Shown here in pieces: positions 15,036-31,142 of a stretch of DNA of 64,000 bases (its first letter is position 1; every line of letters begins with the position of its first letter). A program made the position numbers and the translations under genes. The notes beneath the pieces are model-generated. The model was not told the DNA's origin. It made no database searches and worked only from the letters and a program-made list of their open reading frames with translations. The DNA is from Octopus vulgaris (Eukaryota), in NCBI GenBank assembly GCA_951406725.2, contig OX597816.1:139748001-139812000 (forward strand), in the 5' to 3' direction.

Positions 15036-15075
<40 letters not shown>

Positions 15076-15988
15076 GTATATATATACTGTATAAATATAT
15101 ACATACACATAATTATATACACATGTATGTATACATATATACATATGTATATTCACATATACATATATACGTATGTATATATATGTATATACATACATAT
15201 ATGTATATACACATATATATGTACATATGTATATATATATGTATGTACATATGTATATACATACATATATATACACATATATATACATGTATATATACAT
15301 AAATATATAAATATACAGATATACATATATATACACATGTATATATATAAAAATACATATATATACATATAAACACACACACGCACACACACACACATAT
15401 ATATATATATACATACCTATATATATGCAGGTATACACATATATATATACATATATACCTATATATACATATACATATATATATATATTTACATATATAC
15501 ACATATATACATATATATATATACATATATACAAATATATGCATATATATACACATATATACACATATGTATACACATATATGTGTGTGTGAATATACAT
15601 ATATATATATATATATATAGTGTGTGTGTGTGTGTGTGTGCGTGTATTATATAGAAAATTATACGTATGTATGCAATATATACGTGTATATGCAGTACAT
15701 AATATAAAATAATTAGTAGCAACAGAAGCATTATTAATAGCAAAAGGTGACTCTCATATCGCCGCGCAACGATATAAATGCAAGTGCTTATATGCACCAC
15801 AATTCCATACGAAAAGTTCTCACATGGTTAACAACGTTGTATTCTGTTTTCTAACACAGCCTTTCCCTTTAGTGAAAGATAAATATAATCTTTTCGCCAT
15901 ACACGTATGTGTGTGTATACATATACATATATATACACACATTCACATATATATATACACACACATAAACACACACACACACATATAT

Positions 15989-16019
<31 letters not shown>

Positions 16020-16865
16020 GTAAGTTAAAGACAGAAGATGCACATGTGTGTATTTATGTGTTCATATGTACATGTATGATAGATAGATAGATAAATAGAC
16101 AGACAGACAGACAGACAGATAGATAGATATGTATCTAAAGCAATAAGACATTAAAATTATAATCAAGCTTAATATTTTGAAATTATCACTTAAGACATGT
16201 GCACGCGTGAGTCATCATATTCATAATCATCATTATCGTTCCATGCTTGCCATCATGTCATCAGCATAGACGGGTCTTAGCGACTCGAATCATTTCTTGT
16301 GAGTTACTGCCCACCTCTTACACATGGGGAGTCAGAGTTTAATTCTATGGCTCAATATCTTTCCTGTCACCTACCACTTTAAAGAGTCTAATGGGTTCAT
16401 TTTATCGTGATACCAAACACGAGAAGCTGTCATGTTTCTGACAATACCGCACTAAACGATTATTTTGACTGTACAATTACAGCACGCGTTCATTAGTTAC
16501 TCTGCTTAATTTACTTCCTGCATTTAATTGTGGCACCAGCACTTATGGGTTGTAACAACCTGGAAAAGGCCTCACGAAAGAGCTTTTTGGTCCTTCCCTT
16601 TTCTGCTGTACATTTGTGTAGATTTGAGTACATTTTTATCGTGGATTCAGCGTAAGAGTGATTGCTTGTAGACTTTAAGAGTAAAGAGCCTCGCTACTAA
16701 GACGTGTTCGTCCTTCAAGACAGCGTGACTAGGAAATGTATTAGGGGAAGGGAAGGTACAGGCAAAAGAACTAGAAAGGATGGGCAAAGGGAAAATAATA
16801 TGATGGTGATTTAACGAGTATTTGCAGTGTGATGAGGTGGGGAGATTAATGGGTAGTAATAGTTT

Positions 16866-17064
16866 AAGATCTTGGTACAAGGTCAGCAAATTTAAGGAGA
16901 GTGGGTAAGTCGATTACATCGGTCCGTTGGATCAAATGGTACTTTATTTTATCGACCTTGAAAGAAAAGGATAAGTCGACCACGGTTGAATTTGAACTCA
17001 GAACATAAAGCCAGAACAAATGCCGCTAAACATTTCGTCCTGTGTGCTAATGATTCTGCCAGCT
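16866..17064 (-). mobile_element. SINE family C
   Basis: aagtcgaccacggttgaatttgaactcagaac. Confidence 0.7.
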
Positions 17065-17810
17065 TTTTGTGGGTAATAATAGAGGTGGATAGTAGGAAGG
17101 ATTAGGTATAAAAAGCAATATCATGTATTCTGGGTGAGAGTGAGTGATGATTGGCAGTACAGGAATGTTGTGTTAGAGAATAGTAAGAACAAAAAGATGT
17201 GATGCAATCCCTTATACATAGGGCCTCGTGATGGAGAAAGAGAAGGGGAGCGATAAGGATGGCCGGTGGGATTTGAATATAGGAAGTTCCTCCACCATCC
17301 GCCGTTACACGAGTGATGAAACCATGAGTGATGGAGTGGTAAATGAAAGGGAGATGAGATACAGAGTGATGAGTGACAAGTAATTATGTAATAGGAAGGA
17401 GATGAAGAGGGAGCTGTAGACAGCATAACACACACACACACACAAAATGCACAGACAGGTGACTGTGTTTGTGTCTGTACATCTATGTATATACGTGTGC
17501 GCATGCTTGTGTGTATGTATATACGTATGTAATTATGTACGCATATTTATGTGTGTACATACGTGTTTACACTGGGTCTAAAATCCGTTTACATTATATT
17601 CCTTTATCCGTCGTAAATTAGACGTTCGATAATTAGAGAGCGATGAACTTATTAAAACCCAAAATAGATGCTGGGGACTACGCTATTGATTGAAAACCTA
17701 CTTGAGAGCATTAACCACATCATGGCCAAGGTCCAATGAATACAATCACGGAAAGACTAAAAATACGCAGCTCAATCAATAAACCTTCCCCGTGTCGATG
17801 TTGTCCTTTG

Positions 17811-18105
17811 TGGTACTACTTAAGAAAAGTGGTCCCGGTGCGAGCACTCGCGCATCCGCGCTAGCTAGTCGTAACTAGTCAATCCTACGACTACCTAGCA
17901 AAGTAAATAAAACACAAAATTTTAACACGAAGTAAATAATTTTTTAAAAACAAAATAAAACACAAAAACACAAAGTAAATAATTTTTTAAAACAAAGTAG
18001 ATAAAACAAAAACACAAAGTAAGGATCGACTAGTCACGACTAGCTAGCGCGGATGCGCGAGTATGCGAGTACGCGCACCGGGACCACTCTTCTTAAGTAG
18101 TACCA
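17811..18105. mobile_element. MITE with ~75-85 bp TIRs (TGGTACTACTTAAG...) and 7-bp TSD tcctttg
   Basis: Left TIR 17811-17886 is complementary to 18022-18105. TSD at 17804-17810 and 18106-18112. A-rich internal subrepeats. Confidence 0.9.
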
Positions 18106-19038
18106 TCCTTTGATTTTTTTTTGTTTTTTTTTTACATAAGAACATAAACATTTGCATGTGTGTGTTTATATGATCATGCGTATGTATCATGGGTTTGTAC
18201 TATATATGTATATATGACATTTATATTTGTATTTCTTAAGCTCAAGACTGAGGCTCAAAGTCGAGCCTCTAAGTTTTTTTGTTTGTTTTTTCGTTCAGCT
18301 TGTTGCTGAAACAACTTTTCGTGGTTTCATTTTACATTTTTCTTTTATGATTTTTTTGTTGTTGTTGAGTTGTTAACTGCGATATGTGGCGAGTTTTCAT
18401 TATTGAGTTATCAAGATATTTAGAAAACGTTGAAAATATATTTACTATCTTTTGTATATTTCACTTGCTTTAGGCAATAGGCTGCAGCCATCCTGGAGCA
18501 CCACCTTGAAAGGTTCAGTTGAAAAAACAAACCGAACCCAGTACTTCTTTTTTTAAAGCCTTGTATTTATTCTATCGGTATCTTATTACCGAACCGCTAG
18601 GCTACGGGGGCATAAACAAACAAACAACGGTTAAGTGGTTGGGGATAAATAAACAATAACACACACTATATATATATATATATATATGCATATATGGGTA
18701 CAGGACGTCACCCAACAGTAAACAACATGAATTACGAAAACAAATGAGTTAAATACGCAAATAACGAGAGAAAAAATGGAAAACAAGCCAAGTAATACAA
18801 AGAACGATCCTTCACCAGTTGTCGGCAGTCAATCTACTCCCCATTTCGAGCAATCAACGACGATATGAATCTTCGAAGACAGTTTCCCCCATAAATACCA
18901 AAATAAAATTTGGGATCTATGGAGGGTCAAAATTAGAAACAAAAACAGGACAGTGGAGACATACAGGGAAACCGAACGAAAACAAACATGGAGGGTCGTT
19001 AGACTTGATGTGCGTGTGTGTTTGTGTGTGTGTGTGTG

Positions 19039-19079
<41 letters not shown>

Positions 19080-20519
19080 CTTGCTTCTTTCAGTTACCAT
19101 CTAACAATTCCATTCACAAGGATTTTGATCGTTCTGGAGCTATAGTAGCACAAAGTATCACGCAGTGGGACTTCTCAGTGGGACTTTATCAGACACGCCT
19201 CATGTCTCCAAAATTGAGAGGATCAGGAAATTACAGTTAAAAATTCATCGAAGTGCGAACGGACTAAATAGCAACAAATGTCAGATATGTTCTTCTAGAA
19301 AAAAAAAGTGATATTTGCTGCGGCACAATGCATTCAGTTTAAATCCTCAACAGGGTCTTTCATTTTTGTAGAGTGGATAAAATGGCGGACATTCGGGTTA
19401 GAGAAGTCCATTATCTCATAGGAAAGGAAAAGAGTAAATGATGAGTAGATATTTTCCCTTCAGTTTTTAGTATTCTTGCATTGCATACATTGTGAAATTA
19501 AGACATTGTTTTTTGTTTTGTTTTTCAAAACTTTTCAGTTTATACAGTCATACCACCTATTTCGGTAACTTTTTCTTTTCCCATGATATACATAAAATTC
19601 CTCGCCAGGTTCTGGGGCTGATAAAATTTACTCTTCCCTTCCCCACAAACTTCGGCATTCTATCATCCATATCTTTTTAATACCCAAACTATGAACGTGT
19701 GTATGTGTGTATATGTATGAGTAATATATAAGTGAGTATACATGTGTGAGTATATAAATATATTACGTGTGTGTGTATACATATAGTTTATTTTATGACG
19801 TACGTAGCACTTTTATTACGACGTAAGTGAAAGATTACTCAAGTTTTTCCTGTGATGCTTCATACATCGATAATACATCCGGCACTAGATTTTTTTTATA
19901 TATTACAACGACATGGATTTTTATATGGAAATCCTACAGCAGCCTCTTCAAATTGTTTATCATTAAAGCTAGGCTTGCCTATTGTTCTGTCTTTTTTTTA
20001 AAAGTCTTCTTTTTAATATATTATTACATTAAATACAGTTTACGACAGATAACTATTCAACTATTCCATAATTATACATATTAACAGTTTAATTGCTATA
20101 CCCCTTATTATCAGTGTGAATATAAAGAATTTTTAGGATTAAGTTTTTCTTATGTATTACTATTTAATGGAATGGACACACTATAGTATTAACCTGACAT
20201 ATCGCGAACTGAATATTAACTTAATCAAGCACAAATTTTAAAAAGTATTTAGCAAGAAAAAACAGTTAAGTGGTTCTAACTGTAATATGATATCGTCTGT
20301 GCAAGAACTACGTAGGTAAAAGACTTTGTTTGGGTTTCTGGGAGGGTTTTTGAAGGGAAGTGTTATCAGAATTAAAGAAGCCCCACATATTTGGCGAAAA
20401 TCTTGCAAAACTAGCGGCCATTTATTTATATGCGAGATGATGATGCAAGTTGTTAATTGGTAAAGATCATAATAGTTGTAGTGATAACTGATAACCTCAC
20501 TCCTGCCTAATAAAAAAAA

Positions 20520-21460
20520 AAACGGAGTATTCAGCTAGATGTGTCATCTGATGGGAAAATTGCCCAACACATGGTTTATACGTGAGATACCTCGACAGAA
20601 AAGGACAAGAAAGAGAACATTTTCTGCAAACTACTTTCAGTTTCAACAACAGGAAAAGATATTTTTTTTAACGGTAGATCCCTTTTCAGCAATCAAGAGG
20701 GATTGAGTAGGAATAAGCCTTTCGCTGTAGACACTAACGTATTTGGAGTTCTTCAAGAGTTTGGAGTAAAAAAAATTGAGGAAATAGGTCTTCGTCTTAA
20801 AACTTTCTATCCCTTCCCCATTACCCCCACCCTTTAAACTGGACAGAATCGTACATCTAATGTGACTGGAATTGGATTTGATAATGACTGACATCGACAA
20901 AGTTGCAAAATTTAAACTCAATATCTCTGAACAACAGAAAATTCAGTGAAATTTTGTTTGTTTACTATGCCATTACTCCAAGATCAGATTGTTATCACGC
21001 GGAAAAGTTCTACAGCAATTTTATGTCGCTAAGTTGTAAAACAAAATTTTTGAAATGAAAATAAAACTAATAATCATGCTTTAGCGGATACTTGAATTTG
21101 TTTGCCTTATCGTTTGCTTTTTATCATTTATTTTTAGTTTATTTTTTGTGTGTGGTGGTGGTAGGTCTGCATTGAATGACTTAAATGGCTACAAGGCCTA
21201 TAATCAGACAATTATTGATTAAATGGAGAAAATAAATGAGACTAGAGAAAAGTGCAATTTTTTTAGCACCAACTAAGAAAATTGGTAACAAAATTCAATC
21301 CACTACGTTCCAACAGAAGAGGCTAATAAATGCAACTGCATAGCGAATTCCATCTATTCAGTAACTGACATTAACAATTTGCCTGAGGAATTTGACAACA
21401 TTATTAAATATCGAGAAGAGTTTATTGAAGTTCAAAATGACGTGACACCGATAATTTCAG
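20520..21460 (+). mobile_element. hAT (Buster/Charlie) transposase relic
   Basis: Broken-frame peptides SIQLDVSSDGKIAQHMVY/VRY, FCKLLSVSTTGKDIFLTVD, LLCHYSKIRLLSRGKVLQQFY (cf. LLHTEVRWLSRGKVL) and EEFIEVQND. Confidence 0.8.
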
Positions 21461-21621
21461 TAGAAATGTCGAATCTAATCAGTTCATTCAGATTCAGTGT
21501 TAGGAAAAAAATAAAGTTGTTTTGTTTTTTTTTCTTTTTAATGGATTAAGTCTACAAAGGTGCTTTTTTCAATTGCCAAAACAATATCTCTCTGAACCAC
21601 TATTCACAACAATAACAAATA

Positions 21622-21834
21622 TTGGTTTCAAATTTTGCACAGGGTCAGCAAGTTCGAGGTAGGGAGTAAGTTGACCACATCACACCCATTGTTCAACTGA
21701 TACACATTTTATTGACCCCAGAAGGATGATAGGCAAAGTCGACCTCGGTGGAATTTGAACTCAGAAGGTAAAGATGGATGACAACAAGCCTCTAAGCATT
21801 TTGTCCGATGCAGTAATGTTTCTGCTAGCTCACC
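21622..21834 (-). mobile_element. SINE family C
   Basis: ggcaaagtcgacctcggtggaatttgaactcagaa. Confidence 0.7.
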
Positions 21835-23361
21835 TTTTTTTTCTTTTCTTTCTTTTAAGTGGCCAGCAAGCCATTACAGAGTATCGAACTTTGTACCTCA
21901 AATTCCGGCTGAGTGTCTTGCACCATTAAACCAAGATGACCCCTGACAGCAATAACAAATATTGAAGAAAACTAAATGCCCAAGACACCGATTGTAAACG
22001 GAAATGCAATTCACTGCGGTGAAACTTAAGACAGGATGCAATTTCTAAATTGTATAATCAAGGTCCTAAGAATCTTATTATATAATAAAGGTTACATCTT
22101 AACATTATAAATACACATATAAACACATGAGGTTGTATAAACATGCATATGTATAAATGTATAGCGTGAGCTTGGCAGCCCTGTTAAATAGACGTTTTCA
22201 CCGTCCACTTCTTTTAAGCTTAATAAAAGCATATATTCGGCTACAACACAAACACGGATAGAAATATGAAGACGCCCTATTCAGTCCGCATACCCGACGG
22301 ACACCCTCCACGCTATGCCACTGTGGATGATAGTAGACGATATATGTTTTTTATGTGTGTGTGTGTACACACATTAACGTACAGATAATCTTGTATATTA
22401 CATGGAGAAACACAGGATATTTGAATTTTTTTTTTTACAAGTTTCAGTTGTTTTAACTGCGACTATGTTGACAGTCAAATATATTTTTTCTGTTCACAAC
22501 TATGTCGATTCCGATCTATGTAATTGCACGGCTAAGTTACGGGAGTAAGGATAAATAAACAATAAACACACACACACACACACACAATGAGTCACACTCG
22601 TACATTCTGCCTGTCCAATTTTACACGGTGTTTGTATCGAACTGCAGATTTGATACATAAAAAAAAACCCAACTGTCCAACATGCCAGGTTGTGGTATTG
22701 AAAACAACATTGTGACAAACATCTTAATCAATATCATGCTTATACGCGCACACAAAGACACAGAAACACACACACACACACACATACATATATATATACT
22801 TATTCCCAGCTATCATCATACAAATTCCACTTATGAGTTTACACAATCAGGAACTGCAAATTGCAAAGACACGTAGATAGCAAAGAATTGAAACGCAATC
22901 ACAAACACGTGGTACACCAATGATTACAAACGTGTGTGTGTGTGTGTATGTATGTATATATTCAACTATGTGTGTATATATATATATATTTATATTACAT
23001 ATAGACCATTACATATACTTACGTAACTTATTATATATAGACATATATTTCACAATGTGTAAATACATGTGTAAACAAAAATAGAAAACATTACATGGCA
23101 AGGTGTAGAAACATGGATGTATGTATGCATCTGAGTATGCATGTGTATTGATATGCATATACATATATATACATATATATACTTATATATATATATATAT
23201 GTGTATATATATATATATATATACTTTTATATATGTATATATATATACTTTTATATATATGTATATATATATACTTATATATATATGTATATATATATAT
23301 ATACTTATATATATATGTATATATATATAAATTTATATATATATAAAAAATTATATAAATG

Positions 23362-23399
<38 letters not shown>

Positions 23400-23444
23400 C
23401 ATATATATAAATTTATATATATATATAAAATTATATATATGTAC

Positions 23445-23497
<53 letters not shown>

Positions 23498-23622
23498 TAT
23501 GAACGTCTGTTTATCATAGTGAAATTTACAGATGAATCGATTTAGAAATTAATATACGTACACATGGAATATATACATAAATATACATATAAAACTGATA
23601 AGAGTAGATATTAGACCTTGAT

Positions 23623-23709
<87 letters not shown>

Positions 23710-23781
23710 CGTGTGTGCATCTATATATATATGCATTTATGTATTTGTATATCTATATATATGCAACCTTATATAATAAAC

Positions 23782-23823
<42 letters not shown>

Positions 23824-24106
23824 CCACATATATGTAACTTCTTACATATATTTTTACTTTTATTTTTATACTCTTATTTCCCTTTATACTTCCCTTTATA
23901 CTTTATACTATATCCATAAGTTTCAAAATAACTCCTTTTGTTGGACAATACTATTTCCCTCTAGTGAACTCTCTGATATCGTCTCTGACGAAGTGATATC
24001 TGTGTAATATACGTATCTATAGTTATATTTGTATACATATGTATCTTTGTATATATATCTGTAGCACACCTATATGTGTGTGTCTGTGTGTATATATATA
24101 TATATG

Positions 24107-24280
24107 TAAAATATTATTAGAGACAAAACCACTATTTTGCAAAACAAACAAGGAAAGACTTAATCAATACATAAAATTTTAATAAATAGTCATTTGACTA
24201 TTTATTAAAATTTTATGTATTGATTAAGTCTTTCCTTGTTTGTTTTGCAAAATAGTGGTTTTGTCTCTAATAATATTTTA
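24107..24280. repeat. Perfect palindrome (86-bp arms, 2-nt loop) heading a (TA)n-flanked insert (24107-24365)
   Basis: taaaatattattagagac...aaatagtca TT tgactattt...gtctctaataatatttta. Confidence 0.95.
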
Positions 24281-24795
24281 TAATATTTTACTATAAAATT
24301 GGATTTAATCCTAAATCTGATTTTTTTCCCTGTAATTTTGGATTTATTCCCTAATATTTATTATTATATATATATGTATATAATTATATCTGTTTATATA
24401 TATGTCTGGGATTGCTTGCTTGTGAATATTACTATACTTATGTGAATTTTGTTATAAAACTGATATACATGGACTATACTTTCATAAACATACATATGTG
24501 GATGCATACAAAACACAGACGTATGCACTCTTCTTTCCTTGTGTATATACATGCATATTTATGCACATACAAGTAGTATATGCATATGTGTATTAATGTA
24601 AATGTATGTCTGTGTGTATGTGTATACTAAAAGATACACATCTCAACGGATATATATATATATATACATATATATGCGCTCAGAATTATACCTTATATAA
24701 AGGTGAATGTGTATATGAAGAGAGGTATGTATATGTGGATGTATATATATACGCATATAATTAAATATATCTATATATTAACGTCTGTATGTATC

Positions 24796-24867
<72 letters not shown>

Positions 24868-24868
24868 C

Positions 24869-24961
<93 letters not shown>

Positions 24962-24966
24962 TATAC

Positions 24967-25029
<63 letters not shown>

Positions 25030-25110
25030 TATACATATATATATATACATATATATATACATATATATATATACATATATATATATACATATATATATAT
25101 ACATATATAT

Positions 25111-25146
<36 letters not shown>

Positions 25147-25186
25147 TTGTATATAAATGGTATGTGTGTGTATACACATATACATA

Positions 25187-25387
25187 AAGTAATCCCTCTC
25201 CATATTGCGGTTTGTTATTCAAGCTTACATCGAACCCTCAGTGATTTTTTTCTTGCATTTATAAGAAATTAAATCTATACAATAAATTGTAAAAATAAAC
25301 AGTACAATACTGTTTCTACTTCGCGGTTTTTCGGGTATCGCGCAGAGTTTGGGAACATAGCACCAGCGATAGTCGGGGGATTCAGTG
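25187..25387. mobile_element. Degenerate pogo/Tigger-like MITE
   Basis: Imperfect TIRs agtaatccctc..atattgc / gcgatagtcgggggattcagtg, flanked by TA. Confidence 0.5.
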
Positions 25388-25459
25388 TATACATTTTGTA
25401 AACAAAGATTTTGTACACACAGACATTGTGTACACACACACATATTACTCTGTGTGTGA

Positions 25460-25491
<32 letters not shown>

Positions 25492-25506
25492 GCATTTTTG
25501 TATTAA

Positions 25507-25543
<37 letters not shown>

Positions 25544-25613
25544 GTGAATATATATGTATGTGGAGATTATATATATATATATATATATACGAATATATAT
25601 ATACACTTATATG

Positions 25614-25645
<32 letters not shown>

Positions 25646-26268
25646 CACATTTATATATACATTTATATGTATATATATACATTCATACATACATATATAT
25701 ATACACATATATATATATATATACACTTATATGCATATATACATACATATATATATATATACACATATATATATATATGCAGTTATTTGTATATACACAT
25801 ATATATATATAAACATATATGTATATATACATATATATATACACTTATATGCATATATACATACATATATATATATACACATATATATATATGCAGTTAT
25901 TTGTATATACACATATATATATATAAACATATATGTATATATACATATATATATATACACATATATATACACATATATATATACACACATATATGTATAT
26001 ACACATATATATATACACACATATATGTATATACACATATATATATACACATATATATACACTTGTATGTATATATACATACATATATATATATACACTT
26101 ATATGTATATATACATACATACATATATATATACACTTATATGTATGTATACATACATATATATATATACACTTATATGTATGTATACATACATATATAT
26201 ATATACACTTATATGTATGTATACATACATATATATATATATATACACTTATATGTATATATACATAC

Positions 26269-26303
<35 letters not shown>

Positions 26304-26571
26304 TATAAAAACGTTTAAGACTTTTTCAATTCCCGAGCGTTTAACTAATACATCTGTTTGTTGTCTACACCATGTCTATCTTTTATTGTTGTTTTTTTGT
26401 GAATTCTCCCCTATATATATAGACATACATGTATATATACATATATATACATATATACATGTATATATATATATATATATATATGAACATTTATAGACAT
26501 ATATATATATATACATACATATAGACATGTATGTACATATACATATTTACACAGATACATAGACATATATG

Positions 26572-26603
<32 letters not shown>

Positions 26604-27258
26604 TAGACATATATATAGACATTTATGAATATATATATACATATAGAGAGAGACATATACGTATATATATATATACATATATATGCATATACACATATAT
26701 ACATACACATATACATATATATATATACATATACACATATATACATACACATATACATATATATATATACATATAGAGAGAGACATATACGTATATATAT
26801 ATATATATATGCATATACACATATATACACACATATACATATATATATACATACAAATATATACACATATATATATACATTTATATATGTATATATAGAC
26901 ATATACGTATATATATATATATATATAAAGACATATATAGGCGCATATATATATATATGTATATATATATATAAATACATACATACATATACATACATAT
27001 ATATATATACGTACATATATACATATATGCATATAAATCTACACATATATGTATCTATACATACATATATATAGAAATATATGTGTATATATATACATAT
27101 AACTCTCTAGTCATATTTATATATATACATACATATATATAGACATATATCTATATGCATATATGTATACATATATAGACATACATGTATATATATACAT
27201 ATATATAGACATACATATATAGACATACATGTATATATATACATATATGTAGACATAC

Positions 27259-27303
<45 letters not shown>

Positions 27304-27459
27304 GATATATACATGTATATATATGCCTGTATATATATACATATATAAAAGATATATATACAAAATATATATATATGTTCATATACATATATACATATAT
27401 ATACACAAATATATACATATATTCATATATACATATATACATATATATATATATATTCA

Positions 27460-27490
<31 letters not shown>

Positions 27491-27997
27491 TCATACATAC
27501 ATATATACATAGATATATATATATATACATACATATATACATAGATATATATATATATAGATATATATTTCAGCTCTGAGCTGAAACAAGAAAAACGAAA
27601 TATATATTCACATACATACATATATATATCTATCTATATATATATATATATATGTATATATGCTTGTATGTTTATATATAGGTATGTATATGTATGTATA
27701 TGTATATATGTGTATGCATGTATATATGCATGTGTACATATACATATTTACATATATATGCATACTTATATATATATACATATATATGCATACTTATATA
27801 TATATACATATATATTCTCACATATATATACATATATATGCATACTTATATATATATACATATATATATACTTACATATATATACATATATATAACATTC
27901 ATATATATACATACATATATATATACATATATATACCTACATATATATATACTTACATATATATACATATATATAACATTCATATATATATATATAC

Positions 27998-28030
<33 letters not shown>

Positions 28031-28105
28031 AATACATACATATATATACCTATATATACATGCATATATACGTGTATATATACATGTATTTATATATATA
28101 CATAT

Positions 28106-28138
<33 letters not shown>

Positions 28139-28157
28139 CATACATATATATTAAGGT

Positions 28158-28362
28158 ATGTAGAAAAATACAACATGGACAAGAACGTATAACTCTTAGA
28201 AGACGATACAATAAACACGGACAGGACATTCGAAACCCTCAGTCTTCAGTCAAGAACCGGATCATCGTAGTAATTTCGGCTGATTAATCTTGAGATTACT
28301 AGATCACGGCCAGCCCTCCAAGAAAAACTAAGCAACGAGCATTAGAAAAACTAAGCTGGGAG
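28158..28362. mobile_element. (TA)n-inserted non-coding repeat; second copy at 29507-29697
   Basis: Both copies share tgtagaaaa(a)tacaa..acaagaacgta..tcttcagtcaagaaccggatcatc..aatttcggctgattaatcttgagat..gaaaaactaagc. Confidence 0.75.
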
Positions 28363-28369
28363 CGTATAC

Positions 28370-28404
<35 letters not shown>

Positions 28405-28554
28405 CATACATATATATATATATATACATACATATATATATATATATATATACATACATATATATATATATACATACATATATATATATATACATACATA
28501 TATATATATACATACATATATATATATACATACATATATATATATACATACATA

Positions 28555-28770
<216 letters not shown>

Positions 28771-29453
28771 CACACACACACGCACATATATTTATAGAGA
28801 GAGATACTCACACACACATATATGCGTATGTTAGAAGCGTCGCGTTCGCGTATGACGCACTAATCTTGTGTTTGGAGGTGATTCCCGATTTTAGTCATGT
28901 ATAACTTTTATTGGAGATGACGATGAAAGCTGTGGCAGTATGTACCTATGCACGTCCGAGCGTGTGTGTGTGTGTGTGTTTGTAGATATATATAATTGTG
29001 TGCATACATACACACAAAGACCAAAACAGAAACTCCGCCCGCACAAATACACACACATACACAGGCACATGCAAATGTACGTTAAAGACAAATTCAGGCT
29101 TGATTAACAAAGTGTAACTCCTACGAACTTGTTTCTTCATAACTTCTAGAATAATGCCTGCTTTTAATGGCAATTTTGCAAAATGTGGTTTTGAAGGTGT
29201 AATCTATGATTCTACAAATGCCATCTACTATCTATCTACAGCTTGTTTCAGTCATCAGACTTCAAGGGTTAAGTCGAACAAATCGACACCAGTACCTATC
29301 TGCTTAAGACTGGTATATAGTTGTTCACCCCTCCTATTGCTAAATCACTAACTTACGAAACATAAATAAACCACGACTGGTTGTCAAATGGTGTTTCAGA
29401 GACACAAACACAAAGGTTCCCCCAGCACACACACATCTAAATATTTGTGTGTC

Positions 29454-29510
<57 letters not shown>

Positions 29511-30607
29511 GAAAAATACAAACTGGGACAAGAACGTAAAACATTTAGAAGACGACACAAAAAACACGGATTCGAAGCCTTCAATCTTCAGTCAAGAACC
29601 GGATCATCCTAGCAATTTCGGCTGATTAATCTTGAGATCGCTCCGATCCGGCTAGCCCCAAGGAAAAACTAAGCTACGAGCATTATATTTCTTGGAATAC
29701 ACATACATACATATTTACATGCACACGATGCACATATACAACCGGCTTGCACACTGTTTCTCTCCACCAAATTTACTCAAAAATTATGCTTTTTTATTTA
29801 AGGGCTTTCGGATCAACTGGAATTCATGATTTTGTTCCTTCGTAACTCTTTGAAATACATATTTTTTATGTAGCATACAAACACACAAACGATTTGTTAT
29901 AATAATAATAATAATAAGAAGAAGAAGAAAAACTAATAGATCGCCGTCGATAACAACGATGACTATTCCAGTTGTTTGGTTAACTGAATTACCTACTCAA
30001 CAATAAGCAGACGACACTTTGCTCCCTTAAAGTACCTCGGGCTGAAAGAGTATAGGCCTGAGGAAGATGCATAATCAATTACCTTCTCAATCCGTCCAAA
30101 CGTCTACCAATGTTTCCGCCAGCCCGATTTCATTTACACACACACGGAGGCATACACATGCACATAAGATACATTTACATCTACACACATTCTACAGACA
30201 CACACGCATTTAGACGCTATCTGCAGGCATACACACATCACACATACATACATATCTGAAGACACAGATACACGCATCTACTGATACACACTCATCAACA
30301 CAAACACACACACACACACGCAATCTAGACAGGCGCCCACCTGCCGACGCACATAGATGCAATCTACAGGCACACATTTACATACAGATATACACACGTG
30401 TACATACACATCTACACACAGATCTACAGACACATATCCAAATACACGACGTCTACACACATACACACACACATAAAGAGCGAGAGAGGGCGACCATGTT
30501 ATACCATTAAAGAAGCGCGAACATAACAAAAATACAGAAGCTGGAATATAGCTTAGTATAGCTACGGACAAACATTTACACACACACACACACACACGCA
30601 CAAAGGA

Positions 30608-30668
<61 letters not shown>

Positions 30669-30823
30669 GCGACAGACAGAGGAATAATTTGTATACCATA
30701 ACTCAGGAATATATAGAAATGTTTATTGTATAGAACACAAATACACACAAGGTGTTTGCCTATATACCATAGAGAAAGATAGCCTCATTTATATGCCATC
30801 AACACACAGACACAAATAGACGT

Positions 30824-30856
<33 letters not shown>

Positions 30857-31142
30857 CAACTTTCGCACACATGCAAAGACAGATCTAAACTACAATACAC
30901 ACACACACACACAAATAGAGGCCGAACGTAATTGCACGGTTTAATATCAAATTTACGACACTTCAGAATGTTTATAGACATGTGAATATGTGGCTGTGCT
31001 TTTATTATGAAGCAAAGTGTGTGCGCGCATTTACATACATATATATACCGGAGTAAGCACATAAATGTGAAACAAGGTGGAAAAAAGAGTACTCAAATAC
31101 CAGAGGTAGAGTAATATGCTTTAATTAAAAGCAGCAGAAATA

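Noticed and set aside
23975-24010. CTGACGA hammerhead half-core
   Set aside because: No downstream GAAA or stem III; at best a truncated remnant.
14787-24280. Hairpins as microRNA precursors
   Set aside because: Perfect arms with 2-nt loops and TE-like context do not resemble canonical pre-miRNAs, and I recognise no known mature miRNA sequence.
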